In this document: in pieces, positions 24,285 through 36,039 of the stretch
Position numbering within the stretch: the first letter of the stretch is position 1
Layout: each line of letters opens with the position of its first letter
Source of the DNA: Euprymna scolopes
Taxonomy: Eukaryota
Assembly (NCBI GenBank): GCA_053919585.1
Contig: CM132802.1
DNA: 64,000 bases
Reading direction: 5' to 3' (one strand)
The notes under the pieces: generated by a model
Database searches by the model: none
The model's input: only the letters and a program-made list of their open reading frames with translations
What the model was told of the DNA's origin: nothing
Translations under genes and position numbers: made by a program

Positions 24285-25163
24285 AACTGCGATGGGATAG
24301 AAACTCAGAATCTCCTAACTGCATCCGCACCAATTACTGCCTTCCATAGTTTTTGTCATCTCACAACGTTTTGGCCAAGTAAGCCGCTGGCCGGCTTTGA
24401 GTAGGATTGTAACAGGTATCTTCAGACAGTTCTCAGCTGAAGACAATTCTCACCTGGAACCGTAGAGATTCAATGTCTCTATCCATTGCGCCACGGGCCC
24501 CGAAGGGCGATCATGGTGTAATTTTTTGGTCTCATAAATGCATGTCAATTTATTTTCTGATCTTTCATGGTCGGGTCCGTACCAAATGTTACATATATTA
24601 TTTAATTGGAATTCATTATTGAGATGAATATTATTTATTCATTTTATTTATTCTCGACTATTATGTTCGTCTTTAAATTTTTGTTTCACGGCGTTCGTTA
24701 ACTTAATCATTTTTTATGCCTCGTTCACTGTGCACTTACGGGGGACCATGTGCGCTTCACTTGTTTTATTTCATTTCGTTGTATTCTCATATATCTTTGC
24801 ACTAAACGTACTCTTTATCTTATTCTCGTTCTGCGTCTTGTTACCGGTGTTCTTATCCATCCAGTTTTGCCTTCCATATTTTGTTATCCAGCTTATTTTA
24901 ATGAGTAGTCTTATTTTTCTCTGTTGTCTTCATCATTTTTTCTTCTCTCAGAATTTTTCTATTGATATATCTCTTTCATTGTCATGTGTTCTTTTTCCGG
25001 CGACCCATAATTCACTTTTTCTCTCGTTGATTTCACCTGTCTTAAGATATTCTTTGGATAAGACTAGTTAATATCATGACAAAACACTAAATTATCAGAA
25101 AATCTAAATATGCTCCTACCCACTCATTGTTCATACAGATGCCACCAAAATAAATGTCAAATG

Positions 25164-25166
<3 letters not shown>

Positions 25167-25220
<54 letters not shown>
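25167..25220. repeat. (TA)n microsatellite
   Basis: Direct reading. Confidence 0.97.
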
Positions 25221-25224
<4 letters not shown>

Positions 25225-25546
25225 ACACAAAAACTTCAGAACAACACGTTTTGTTATATATTTTAAAGTTTAAAACTTGTTTAGTTTTAAATATGATACG
25301 AGTTTAATAGTGGTATTACAAAGATTGGTGTAACATTTTTTTCAAGATATTAAATTAATATCCGTTAAAAAAATTGAACTATTTTTGTATCTTGAGTGTT
25401 ACTGTTTAAATAGTGTTGTCTCTACTGTACTTTACAGTGCCGTATTTAAGTCGGGAATTTTTCTAGCGATTACGGGAACATATGAAATCTTGAACGGAAG
25501 CATTTGTTAAATTTATTGTTAACTTACTCTCGTTAGCCTTACAGTA

Positions 25547-26277
25547 CAGGGTGAAGCAGAACAACTTGATTATTTGAATTTGGCGCCCGAAAGCGATGGG
25601 TGCTCCAAGGATGATAGAAATGGACTTATTCGAGAGCATGGGGCTTTAAACTTGGTTTTTAACGTGCGTTATTAAATTTTCTATATATTTCTACTACATA
25701 CACAGCGCGCGTCAATGACTGTTTTGCGGCAAAACTTCCCAGGACACCCCACCCTCTTGAGCAGGGATCTGCATTGTTGTTGTTATCACTAGGGCTATGA
25801 TAACAGAATATTCGTTTCATTGTTTGTACTCTTGAGCATATACCCCGCACAGTTAGACACAGTTAATCACCCGAAAATCACACCACACAATATAAAAGCA
25901 TATGTGATATCAACTCGAGAGTCAAAACAATGAAAAATATACTGTTGTCATAGCCCTAGTTAGCAACATGTGACTATTTTTATGTGGGTTTCTGCACTCA
26001 ATCGTTTACAAAGATCCTTCTAGCACCTTTTCTCATCTGAAAAAAACAAAATCTTTCGAGCCAACATACCCAACGATATGTTGGAGAGAGTTGACCGAAA
26101 CTTCAGAGTTCGATTTATTCAGTGTATAGAGAAGAGTGGACGCCATCTTACGGATATCATCTATAAAACTAATATATAACATATAATATAATTTAAGTCC
26201 AAAGGATTACATGTATAGCTGCATTACTTGTGTTTTAATTAATATTCCAAATAAGTATATTGTTCTGTCTCACCCTC
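25547..26277 (+). mobile_element. Internally deleted Tc1/mariner-superfamily transposon
   Basis: TA|CAGGGTGAAGCAGAACAA...TTGTTCTGTCTCACCCTC|TA inverted termini with TA TSD. Transposase remnants HTARASMTVLRQNFPG, CDYFLCGFLHSIVYKD and IQCIEKSGRHLTDIIYKT. Confidence 0.85.
25790..25958. mobile_element. 169-bp hAT-like MITE nested in the Tc1/mariner remnant
   Basis: ~43-bp TIRs TAGGGCTATGATAACAG.../...CTGTTGTCATAGCCCTA. Imperfect 8-bp TSD GTTATCAC / GTTAGCAA. It interrupts the transposase near the SPDL region. Confidence 0.8.
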
Positions 26278-26399
26278 TATTAAGTAATTCGTAATTGTGT
26301 TTTTAGTAATGCCTGCAGTTTTGAAATTTACAGAAGATTGTTACATTGAACTAAGATTATAATAAAGCATCAGCTGTGAGAACACATAGGTACTATTTT

Positions 26400-27900
26400 T
26401 TATGTAATAAACAATCAACAACGATAGCGGGGAGTATCAACAAAGATGGCGGTAGTAAATCAAATCAGCGAACTATCAGTGTAGTAACGATCTCGAGTGT
26501 TGAGTAATTCTTAGGAGCAAAGATGGTTGCGCAAAAACAATGCAGCCATGATTCAATCATTTTAAGAGAGAGGTTGACAGCGAACTGAATTTAATAAAAA
26601 AAATTCGATATTTTTTATAATAAAGTTGGAGGCTTCTGATTAGTTGATTGTCCCTACCGTAAGTTATAAATAAGATCGTCGAAATCATTAGTGTCATATC
26701 ATCATTGCCAACCAGAAACATTTTAACAGAAATTATCATCCTTGGCGATGCTGTGTAAGTTTTTCAGAAGATAAAAGATTATAAGGTATGCAATCACATT
26801 CTTGTTTCCTTTGCAGTTGAACGAATTAGAAAAGCTATAATTAAATAAAGAATATAATACAATCATATAATTTATTATATCCCACTTGTTTGTAATTCCT
26901 TATAAATAAGCAGGTGGGTAAATCTTTATGTCTTTTTTGCATTTTGGAACAATCAGCTTCGCCATCATTCAAAGAATACGAATAAGGAAATTGAATTATT
27001 TTTAACACTTTGTTACGTAACACAGTTGGAATCATTCAAATGGTACAAATTACAGTGATATATAGCAAATTACAGTGATATATAGCAAATTACAGTGATA
27101 TATAGCTATTTTTCTTTGATGTCCGTTTTATCTCAGCTTACATTGAGCAGTAAATATTCATGATCTGAGAACATGAATGATTAAATTAAAATGGCAGAAA
27201 TATTTTTTCTTTCTACATAATCAAGAACTTACATCTACCAAGAATTAAATCTCATGAAGCTGAGCCCATTTCAACGAGAATAAGGAAAGTGCCAACAAGA
27301 CATAATGCCAGAACTTAACGATTATTAATGCAATATTAGCATGTTTACAGAAGTGTTATAACTATTGATAAAAACGATAGAATAACATTTATTGAAATGG
27401 CAGACAGACGCAATAGACTGCATTTACAGATAATTGTTCAATCTGTAGTCATTCACAATAGATGTCAAACTGCACAACATGTATTTAGAAATGATAGTAT
27501 TTTAATCGAAACGAGTGATCTTTGGTGTCGACTGGAAAGAGAAGTATCATAGAGAATATAGCGATGTTATGTACCTTTCTTGATTTGGAGATATTTCAGT
27601 CAGTAAAGAAAAGGTTAGAAGAAGAGGTTCCTAGTGATCGGGATTTCATAATGAATTGTGTTCTCTAACTTTTGATTATACACCTATTGAATGAAATCCA
27701 CCTCATCTGAGTGGAGTAATTATAACTTAAGCAAAGATGAGTTTACCTAAAAATATATTTCGAATTATATATACAGTTGAAAGCTCATGATAGTTACAGT
27801 TATCACTATATATTATCCACACGAACTGCCACAGATTAATTTTTTGCTTCTTTATTTACCGTTGGTATAGAAGATTACTCCAACACATAAAGGAAAATAC
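26400..27900 (-). pseudogene. Decayed LRR-like gene remnant, paralogous to 29790-30035
   Basis: 26760-27000 is a diverged copy of 29800-30035. Shared minus-strand peptide YSLND..AD, DI.IYP.AY, FSNSFN and YNLLS. Confidence 0.45.
27046..27105. repeat. Perfect tandem repeat, 20 bp x3 (CAAATTACAGTGATATATAG)
   Basis: Direct reading, no spacers. Confidence 0.95.
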
Positions 27901-28149
27901 ACAATTACACCTATGAATTCAGGATTTAAGCATTATAAATATTGCAGCCATATATTACCCACACACGATGTTAGAGATCTTCATTTCCTATCCATTTTTT
28001 GTCTTACTTAATTACATATAATAATGTTTATCTGATAGCTACACATTTAGAATAAAGATAATTCTCTAATTAAAACTTATTACCGTTTCCTCTTCAGAAT
28101 CTAATTGAGAAGTTTGTATAATTATATAAACCAATTAATAAAACCCGTT

Positions 28150-30200
28150 ATTTAGAATATCTCGTGATTGTTTATCTGTTAATTACACATGCATTATAAA
28201 AATCCGGCCATGTCTTGTAATATTTATTTCAACTTTGATTGGTATTATAGTCAGAATATGTAACCTCTATTTAAATTTACTCCAAATGGTAAACCATACC
28301 ATGCTATTGCGAATCTAAAGAATATGTTTATATGTACAATTGTGATATTTCTTACTAGTCTTGTCATTTTAATGGTTATTTCTAACGTTTCGTTCAATGA
28401 AACCTCCGGATTTATTCAAAAGTACCTTTCGAACTACGGACTGTTTCTGCTGAACTTAGAAATCTGTACGGAATTTCGAATGGAATCCTTTATTTTATCC
28501 ATGATTGTAGCGTGCTCTTTTTTCGTTAACAAATAATATGCAATTGCATTTTGACGTTCGCCTGAACTAAGAATTGGACTGCAACATGAAGAGGAGCATT
28601 AATTTAAAACTGAATTACCATTTAATTTACACAATACACAACGAGTCCTTGCAGATTACTCAGGCGAAAAATTAAACGAAAAAATTTAATATGAATACTT
28701 GTATTACCAAACATTTTTTATTTATCGAAACAAGTAAGATAAGTGCGTATACGAACTGGGTTGATATCCTAGAGTTTGAAGTGGAAATATCTATCTCGAA
28801 ATATACATCATATACGAAGACTACTGAAATATTTTTGAGTTTGTAACAAGAGTACAAATCATGCAATGGATATATAAGAAAGACTCCTTCAACAATAAAC
28901 TATTATGAAATGGTGCACGTCTTCGAGTTTAAAGCGTTATTCAGGTAATCGGCTCCACATACGTAAGTAACGCGAATTTCAATTCAACTGGACCAATTCC
29001 TATAATATTCTATGAAAACGAGTGTTCACATTCAGTGAAATTGATTGGATAGTTTGTTTGTGAATTACTCATACATTATCAAACGATAACCTCTGTTTAT
29101 AATATTTATTTTACGTTTGAATTTTACCATAGCTGTAGTTAGTCGCCTGTATGTGAATAAACTACTAAAATAAACAATATGTTGTTGCTGTAATTTATAT
29201 TCGGTTAATTTGTTAGCTTCTGTCAAGTTTCTTTCTGTATACACACGCTCAAATCTCGTGACATGCAGGTGTTTACCTAGATTATGAAGAGATGCAATGT
29301 TGAAATCATGACTATGCATAGAACAGTACAAACGTGTAAAAGTCTTTATTGTTTAAATTCATCATACTCTTTTCCGATCCCGGTTTTTGCCACTATATAT
29401 TTGTAGAGCTTCAATATAACCAAATTTTAGACGAACACCTAAACTATCATGAATGTTTGGATGTTGAACCATGCCATAATGCATGTTCACTGTTTGCTTT
29501 CCACTTGACTGGAGCAGAATGATTATCATTGGTAGAAGTTAAAGTAATTAACTTGTAAACGCGTAGTAATATATCCATCATTTTAAAATTATAGTAATCA
29601 ATGTTTAAATGTTTTAAAACTTATGACCGTACAGTAAACCAATGCAAGCACATCTTAATAAAGTAAATGAACAGAAACAAATACTGATAATGAATCAGGA
29701 ACGCGGGTAAACATATACGCTATTTTCTTATCAAATAAACAATTGACACAGATAGCGGAGGAAGAGGAGAATTATCATATTTGGTGATACATTGTCTGTA
29801 GTTTCAAAGGATAAAAGATTATAATTCATACGAGAACGTTTTCGTTTACTTCTTCAGTTGAACGAATTAGAAAAGTAATATATAAATCAAGACTATAATA
29901 CAACAAAAGTATGTTTTATTATATCATACAAGTGGGCCATTCCTATAAAATAAGCAGTTGGGTAAATGGTTATGTCTTTTCGTCTTTGGGGACGATCAGC
30001 CTGGTGATCATTCAAAGAATACCAATCAGTAAAGAAGGTTCTTTAATGAAATTAGATTCTCTACTTTTGCTCAAGAGATTAGGAAAACGGCTAAGAATTC
30101 TTTGGTGAACCGACGGACGAAATCTTGATTAACTGCGAGCAGGGAATAACTATGACCATCGAGTTGCTGCCAGTGATGCGAAATTTCGCAAATCTAATAA
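28150..30200 (-). pseudogene. Decayed TLR-like gene (LRR - hydrophobic segment - TIR-like)
   Basis: ILSRFPNLLSKSRESNFIKEP (~30033-30098), IASLHNLGKHLHV (~29260-29300), hydrophobic QFVYALILLVSI (~28722-28757), TIR-like ATIMDKIKDSIRNS..KFSRNS (~28440-28512) and NKYYKTWPD (~28201-28228). Confidence 0.45.
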
Positions 30201-30530
30201 TGCTGCATTGTCTTATCGCTATTGGAGAGGTTTATAAAATAATATAGGCATGCGCGAACAACACACAAACACGTCAGTGCGCATGTATTTATACACACAT
30301 AGCTGAGCGTTAAGTGTTTGTGTATAAAGATGCGGTGACATATATGTATATATATATGGTTATTGGTTAATATTTATTAGTTACACACACACATATATAT
30401 ATAGATATATATACATATATATACATATATATACACATATATATATATAGATATAACTAAAAAATATTAAGCTATAATAAAAACAACAAAAAAATATAAA
30501 TACACGAAGCCTCAAAGGAAAAGGAAAATA

Positions 30531-30566
<36 letters not shown>
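30531..30566. repeat. (AAC)n microsatellite
   Basis: Direct reading. Confidence 0.97.
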
Positions 30567-30654
30567 CGGCTTCTGGTTATAATCGGGCGCATCGATAGAA
30601 AGCGCTCAACTAGAATATGGTTGAACACCAACTTTTGGGCGCCATTTTGTACAA

Positions 30655-30779
30655 ATGCCGATTGAAATAAAAACGATCGCTCGCCAAACCGAAAAGATAT
30701 CCAGAAAAATCCTAAAAAAAGAATAACTGTGTCGTTTTCAATCAGATGTGCTTTAATAAGGACTTACTGCTAAAGTATT

Positions 30780-30781
<2 letters not shown>
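30655..30781 (+). mobile_element. Penelope-like element N-terminal ORF fragment abutting (TA)n at 30782-30847
   Basis: Reads IEIKTIARQTEKISRKILKK/NCVVFNQMCFNKDLLLKYS, resembling the R..EK...K....FN..C....LLPKY N-terminal motif of PLE ORFs (from recall, not a search). Confidence 0.5.
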
Positions 30782-30850
<69 letters not shown>

Positions 30851-32520
30851 GTGTTTATCTTGCGCCATTAGTTATTTAGTAGTGAAAGATTTAAAAATAT
30901 ATTCATATAAATTCTATATGGTCCACATAATACGATAATATCCTAACAAAAGTTATATTACAATTAAATAGGATGCGTGTTGAACACTGTGAAGCCAAAT
31001 AACTGCAATGGTAAGTCATTCATTTTCTTTTTATATTTTCTATATAGTTAATACCTTTATCAATATGATGTTTCGAAGATTTATAAGCATTTTAAGACAT
31101 GCATGCTTACCGTAATGTGTAAAAGTAAGGGCTATATTAAGTTTAATGGAATTTCATAAAAGTAAAGTACAAAATGGGTAAATATCTTCGGATTTTAAGA
31201 AAGCTAAACTATTGTTTTGAGTCAATGATTGCTAATATATCATATATTTTTTATTTATTCATGGTAAATTACATAATTATACAGAGTCTGGTAAGTTTTA
31301 TACAGAAAAACCATCACATGAATATTCCAAAATTAGGATTATGCATTTACTTTTATCCATAGTTATTAGATACTAATTTAGTATTATTATCTATAAATTT
31401 TACCCTATATATGCTGCTAAGCTTTGGCACGAATTTTAGATGTTTTCTACAAAAACGTCTAACGGATTCTTAATAAAGTTCGAAAAAATTCTTTAGAGGA
31501 AATGTTGTTCAGCATTATCTAGTGATTTTTATCTAAAAATAGGCATAAAATATGCAACACTGTTATGTTTGGAAAATTAAATTTATTTTATTAACAATAG
31601 GTGTATAGCTTTTTGATGATGATATATAAATAACAACACCGTTGATTTATTGTGCTTTGTAGATTACTGAATTTAATTCATTTAGTTGTTGGCAGTATTT
31701 ATTCATAATATATTATCAAGAGACTTTGCAAATGTATGATAGAGCATGCTTTCTATCTATATACACTAGACAAAGAGCGTAATTTGTTAGAATAACAATA
31801 TAATTTGGAAGTCTATAGACCAGGATATTTTTGTAGCATTACAGTAACTAACACATTTCCTGTACCTATTTGCTTCAAAAGATTTACATTTTTAGTCGGT
31901 TTATAAATCAAATCACAGTCGTAAATTCCTCCCAAAATATTCGTCTTAATCAAATCATGCGACACTTACATATTGTATCGATGAGTGTACCTGATTTTTA
32001 CTAAATGCTACTGAGCGATTTTGATTTGCCAAACCTTATTGCTATTTCTCGTGCACCAAATTAAGTTTTTTTATCAATTAATGCTATTATTTGCTCGCAA
32101 AGTATTCTGCCTAAACGTTCTTTAGTAGCTAGATAAACATTTTCAGCTCTAACTTGTGCAACTAACTTCTCTACATTTCTCTAAGCATAATCATGTTATC
32201 CGTGCACTGAAATAACTCTTTTGTAGTTTTTGAGGCAGTTGGGCATAGACAGGTACTATGTATCCGGCTGTTTCTTTTTTTCATTTTCAATGGACACCAG
32301 ACTATAAAAATTTAAACTTCATTTCTCAACAGTAGGCTTCAACGGGAAAGGGAAGCGCAATCGTCGTTATTTTACCTTTCATAAACCTGTCTATGCAAGA
32401 ACAAAGTAAATTCGTCTGTACAACCGGATACACTACAATTATTTAACAATTTGAAGAAATAAACATATTTAATTATGCAAATCTCTCCCACTCTTTCTCT
32501 TTCTTCCTTTATTCATATAT

Positions 32521-33096
32521 ATCCTATACCTCTATAAGGCAGTATAGTATACCTCTATAAGGCAACCATTCGCCCATGTATGGAGTATTGTTGTCACATT
32601 TGGGCTGGTGCATTTGCTGCTTGTCTGCTCCTGGACAGGGTTCAAAAGAGAGTCGCCAACCTGATAGGTCCTGAACTGTCATCTAGGCTTCAGCCTCTGT
32701 CCCATCGACGAGATGTTGCATCCCTCTGCCTGTTCTACAAATACTTTAATGGTGAATGCTCTGATGAACTGCAAACACTTGTACCCCCCCGACGTAACTA
32801 CCCCCGATAAACCCGACAAGCTACTCTCATCCCTTTACAGTAGAGATCCCTAGGTGCAAGAAAGCCTTTTACTCCAATGGTTTCTTCCCCAGAACTGCGG
32901 GTCTTTGGAACTCCCTTCCGGGATTCTGCTTTCCTAACTGCAATGATATGCAGAAGTTCAAGTGTAATGTTAACAAACATCTTGATACTCTTCTCCCTTG
33001 ATAATGACCCCGCTAATTAAGTCCCTAATAGTAGCCCCCCTGCTTCAAAGTGGCACTGTGCCTTGTTTGGGGTGAAAATTGAATAATAAAAAAAAA
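32521..33096 (+). mobile_element. 5'-truncated CR1/Zenon-like LINE, family A-related subfamily
   Basis: ORF 32580-32810 MEYCCHIWAG...LQPLSHRRDVASLCLFYKY. The 3' UTR GTGCCTTGTTTGGGGTGAAAA and A tail are shared with the 4156 and 55571 copies. Confidence 0.93.
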
Positions 33097-33524
33097 TTAA
33101 TGGACGTTCACGTGTTTCGTCATTCTATATCCCTTTAGCGTAGCTTGACTGTTCTATGACTTAAACCTCGAATCATAGGTCCTATAAACGAAGAAGTTTA
33201 CCGTTGCGCTACAGAGCCTTGCTTACGTTACGTGCTATTTTGTCATTTAAAGTTTTTTCGATTGCTTTGTTGTTAATATTTTTACAATGAATAAATATTC
33301 GAGATTCCTACGAGATCAGGAAATTATTTCTCTAATAAAGGTCGGCAATATTTTTGNNNNNNNNNNNNNNNNNNNNNNNNNNNNNNNNNNNNNNNNNNNN
33401 NNNNNNNNNNNNNNNNNNNNNNNNNNNNNNNNNNNNNNNNNNNNNNNNNNNNNNNNNNNNNNNNNNNNNNNNNNNNNNNNNNNNNNNNNNNNNNNNNNNN
33501 NNNNNNNNNNNNNNNNNNNTATTT

Positions 33525-33930
33525 CTGTAATTTTAACACAACCTGACCAAGACATTAATAAATAATTTTAAAATGCAAAATTCCAAACAAACATTTTTTT
33601 ATGAAAAGTAATGTCTTTTAACTATTGCCCATTTCCAACTTCCCATATTTGTGCTCTTTCCAAAACATTCATGACAGATTGCAGCATATATGGATTGCAA
33701 TCTAACGTCCTTATTTCGTCCCTGTTGGTTTCTGCAATTCCTGCTGGGTTTGGTGTTTGTAAACATACTCTTTGTTTAAGATATACTCACAAGAAAAAAG
33801 TTAGGGCTAGTCAAGTATGGACAATATGGTTTTCATTTGACATTGTCATAGCGAGAGGTAATGTGTCCAAATAATTGCCTGACTTTGATAAAACAATTCC
33901 ACAACTTCCGTACGTTGCTAAATGCTATAT
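33525..33930 (-). mobile_element. Tc1/mariner-superfamily transposase C-terminal remnant
   Basis: ITSRYDNVK*KPYCPYLTSPNFFL*VYLKQRV...MLQSVMNVLERAQIWEVGNGQ, matching the WPP.SPDL.P.DFFLWGYLK..V type motif. Confidence 0.7.
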
Positions 33931-34044
33931 TTATCCATAGTTAATTTTCCAAATTTTCTGTAAAATATTTGAAATGGAGAAAAAACAACCATTAATGGTA
34001 AAATCACAAAAGGTGTTGAACCTTTCGTAAAATTTTGGACATTC

Positions 34045-34045
<1 letters not shown>

Positions 34046-34104
<59 letters not shown>
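34046..34104. repeat. (TA)n microsatellite
   Basis: Direct reading. Confidence 0.97.
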
Positions 34105-34106
<2 letters not shown>

Positions 34107-34432
34107 GTATATTTTTCCGTTTGAATTAAACGTTATTACGTTGCAGCATTTAAAAAATAAAAAAATAAAAATAAATAAATACAAAATACAATCTTCTTCC
34201 ACAAACAGCTAAAATAATCCACGTGAACTTTTTCGATCATGATTGCTAGGAAGGAACGCTGTTCACACTACAAATATCTAGTTTTTTTCAGCGGTTTTCT
34301 TTTTCTCTTTCATTCGATACTATTTTGTGACCAAGACGAAGGTTGAAATATAAAAAATAACAATAAAAATATTAAATACAAAAAGTAACATCGTTTTTCA
34401 TGCTTCGAAAAACCCTCATAACCTTTAAAACA

Positions 34433-34433
<1 letters not shown>

Positions 34434-34512
<79 letters not shown>
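34434..34512. repeat. Compound (CA)n(TA)n microsatellite
   Basis: Direct reading. Confidence 0.97.
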
Positions 34513-34514
<2 letters not shown>

Positions 34515-34757
34515 CATGAATATAACCGATACGGTATAAATAACAATATTTGGTTCTCTATCTCTCGCAATATATAGAAAACAAATTCCACAGACACGTG
34601 CTCCGTGTATCTCCGATCCATCCGCATAGCTGTATCTAGCAGGAATTGAAAGCTGGACATCAGTGTTTGAAGTTCAGTGCTGCAGAAAGTAAGTTAAGGA
34701 AACTGCAGGCAATTGTAAAGTAATTTATATTTCATGAATATTTTAATTGATTCATAT

Positions 34758-34795
34758 ACTAACAGGGTGCCGGTTAACCGGCGTTGCCCGATGGA
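34758..34795 (-). mobile_element. Helitron-like 3' terminus
   Basis: Minus strand CGGGCAACGCCGGTTAACCGGCACCCTGTTAG|T: GC-rich palindrome just before a CTAG-like end. Confidence 0.4.
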
Positions 34796-36039
34796 AGAAT
34801 ACACGTTCGCGTAAAAATAAAGTACGGTTGTTGTTGTTGTCTCCTAACCTGCTTATGTTAAAACAGTTTTCAGCATAGACCGTTAAACCTCATCATGGTA
34901 AGAACCACTGTAGCAATAGACACCACGACCTCCACAAGTTAATTTACAGTGTAAAGTGCAGGTATTTATATCTTGAAAAATTCCTGTCTGTGCCAAATAT
35001 AAACGACTTTGTGTTACTAAATATAGGAGAAAACTTATAAAACACGTCATGTTCAATAAAATTTTCTGTTGAATAAAAAATAAAATAAAAATTACGCCTT
35101 TCTACCGCAAAAAAATGTAGAAGCCGAAAAGTGGAAAAATAATCCCTCCCCCCCCCAAAAAAAAAGAAAACATAGCCGCCCTTCCCGAAAAATAGGTTCC
35201 TGTAAACTTAACCATGCAAGCATTAACAACGACCCCAATCCCAAAAGGAATGCTGTTCAAACGGTTGGGAAATTGCAATTATTTAACGTAAATAGCGTAA
35301 AAATATTGTTCTTCTTTCACGCTCTTCCTTGGTAGTGGTCAATGTTTGCTACTTTCAAAGTATATAAGAAAACCCCCTTAATCATTGTGTAGAGAGAGCT
35401 AGTGAAACTCAACCGTCCCACCCTCACAAATAAATAATAAAAAAGAGAAGTTATGGACAAATATGATAATGAATGATCGTTGAAAACGGTTGGTTATTGT
35501 ATTTAGTTTAAAATAAACGTAACTTAAAAAATAATAGCGCTCAAAGGAAATAATTCATTAGGTTTATTAAGAAGGAGGGAGAGCAAAAGAGAGAGAGAGA
35601 GAACGTGTAGATGATAAACTAAATGCAAAGTAAACGGTAGCCATTAGGTAAATTTGTTGGTAGTTAATGTTGAAATACATGCGAGCGGTCAAAAAGTAGA
35701 CAATCTAAACGAAATTTTAGTTTCATGTATGTATATGGTATAAAAATTTGGGGTAACATTTGTCTTGCAGACGGCATGTTATGTATAAATCGTGAGGGTT
35801 CTTTTTTAATCTGGAATAACAGAATTACAGCTGGCATCCAATGAGAAAGGGTCGAATGAGCAAAGCGAGAAATCAATATTTTTGTAAATCTGCAAATCGT
35901 AAGTGAAAACTATTTCTATAAGTTTATGACTCATTTAAGAGGTTGGACGGGGCCATACAAGTATACTGTGTGTAATTTCATGTGGTGTAGAATCGGGGCG
36001 GTGAAAGAGTAATGAATTAGAGAGAAAATATGAACTACT

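Noticed and set aside
27046-27105. Possible CRISPR-like array
   Set aside because: Three adjacent perfect repeats with no spacers, no cas genes, and a eukaryotic context.
29300-29900. Alternative readings as SH2 (FLIRST), kinase (QHPNI) or GPCR (FYPLK)
   Set aside because: Isolated short motifs without the other family motifs in order. The frame best conserved with the paralogue at 26760-27000 is a different one.
32257-32433. Small MITE with TGTATCCGGCTGT / ACAACCGGATACA ends
   Set aside because: Only ~13 bp of inverted match and no clear TSD.
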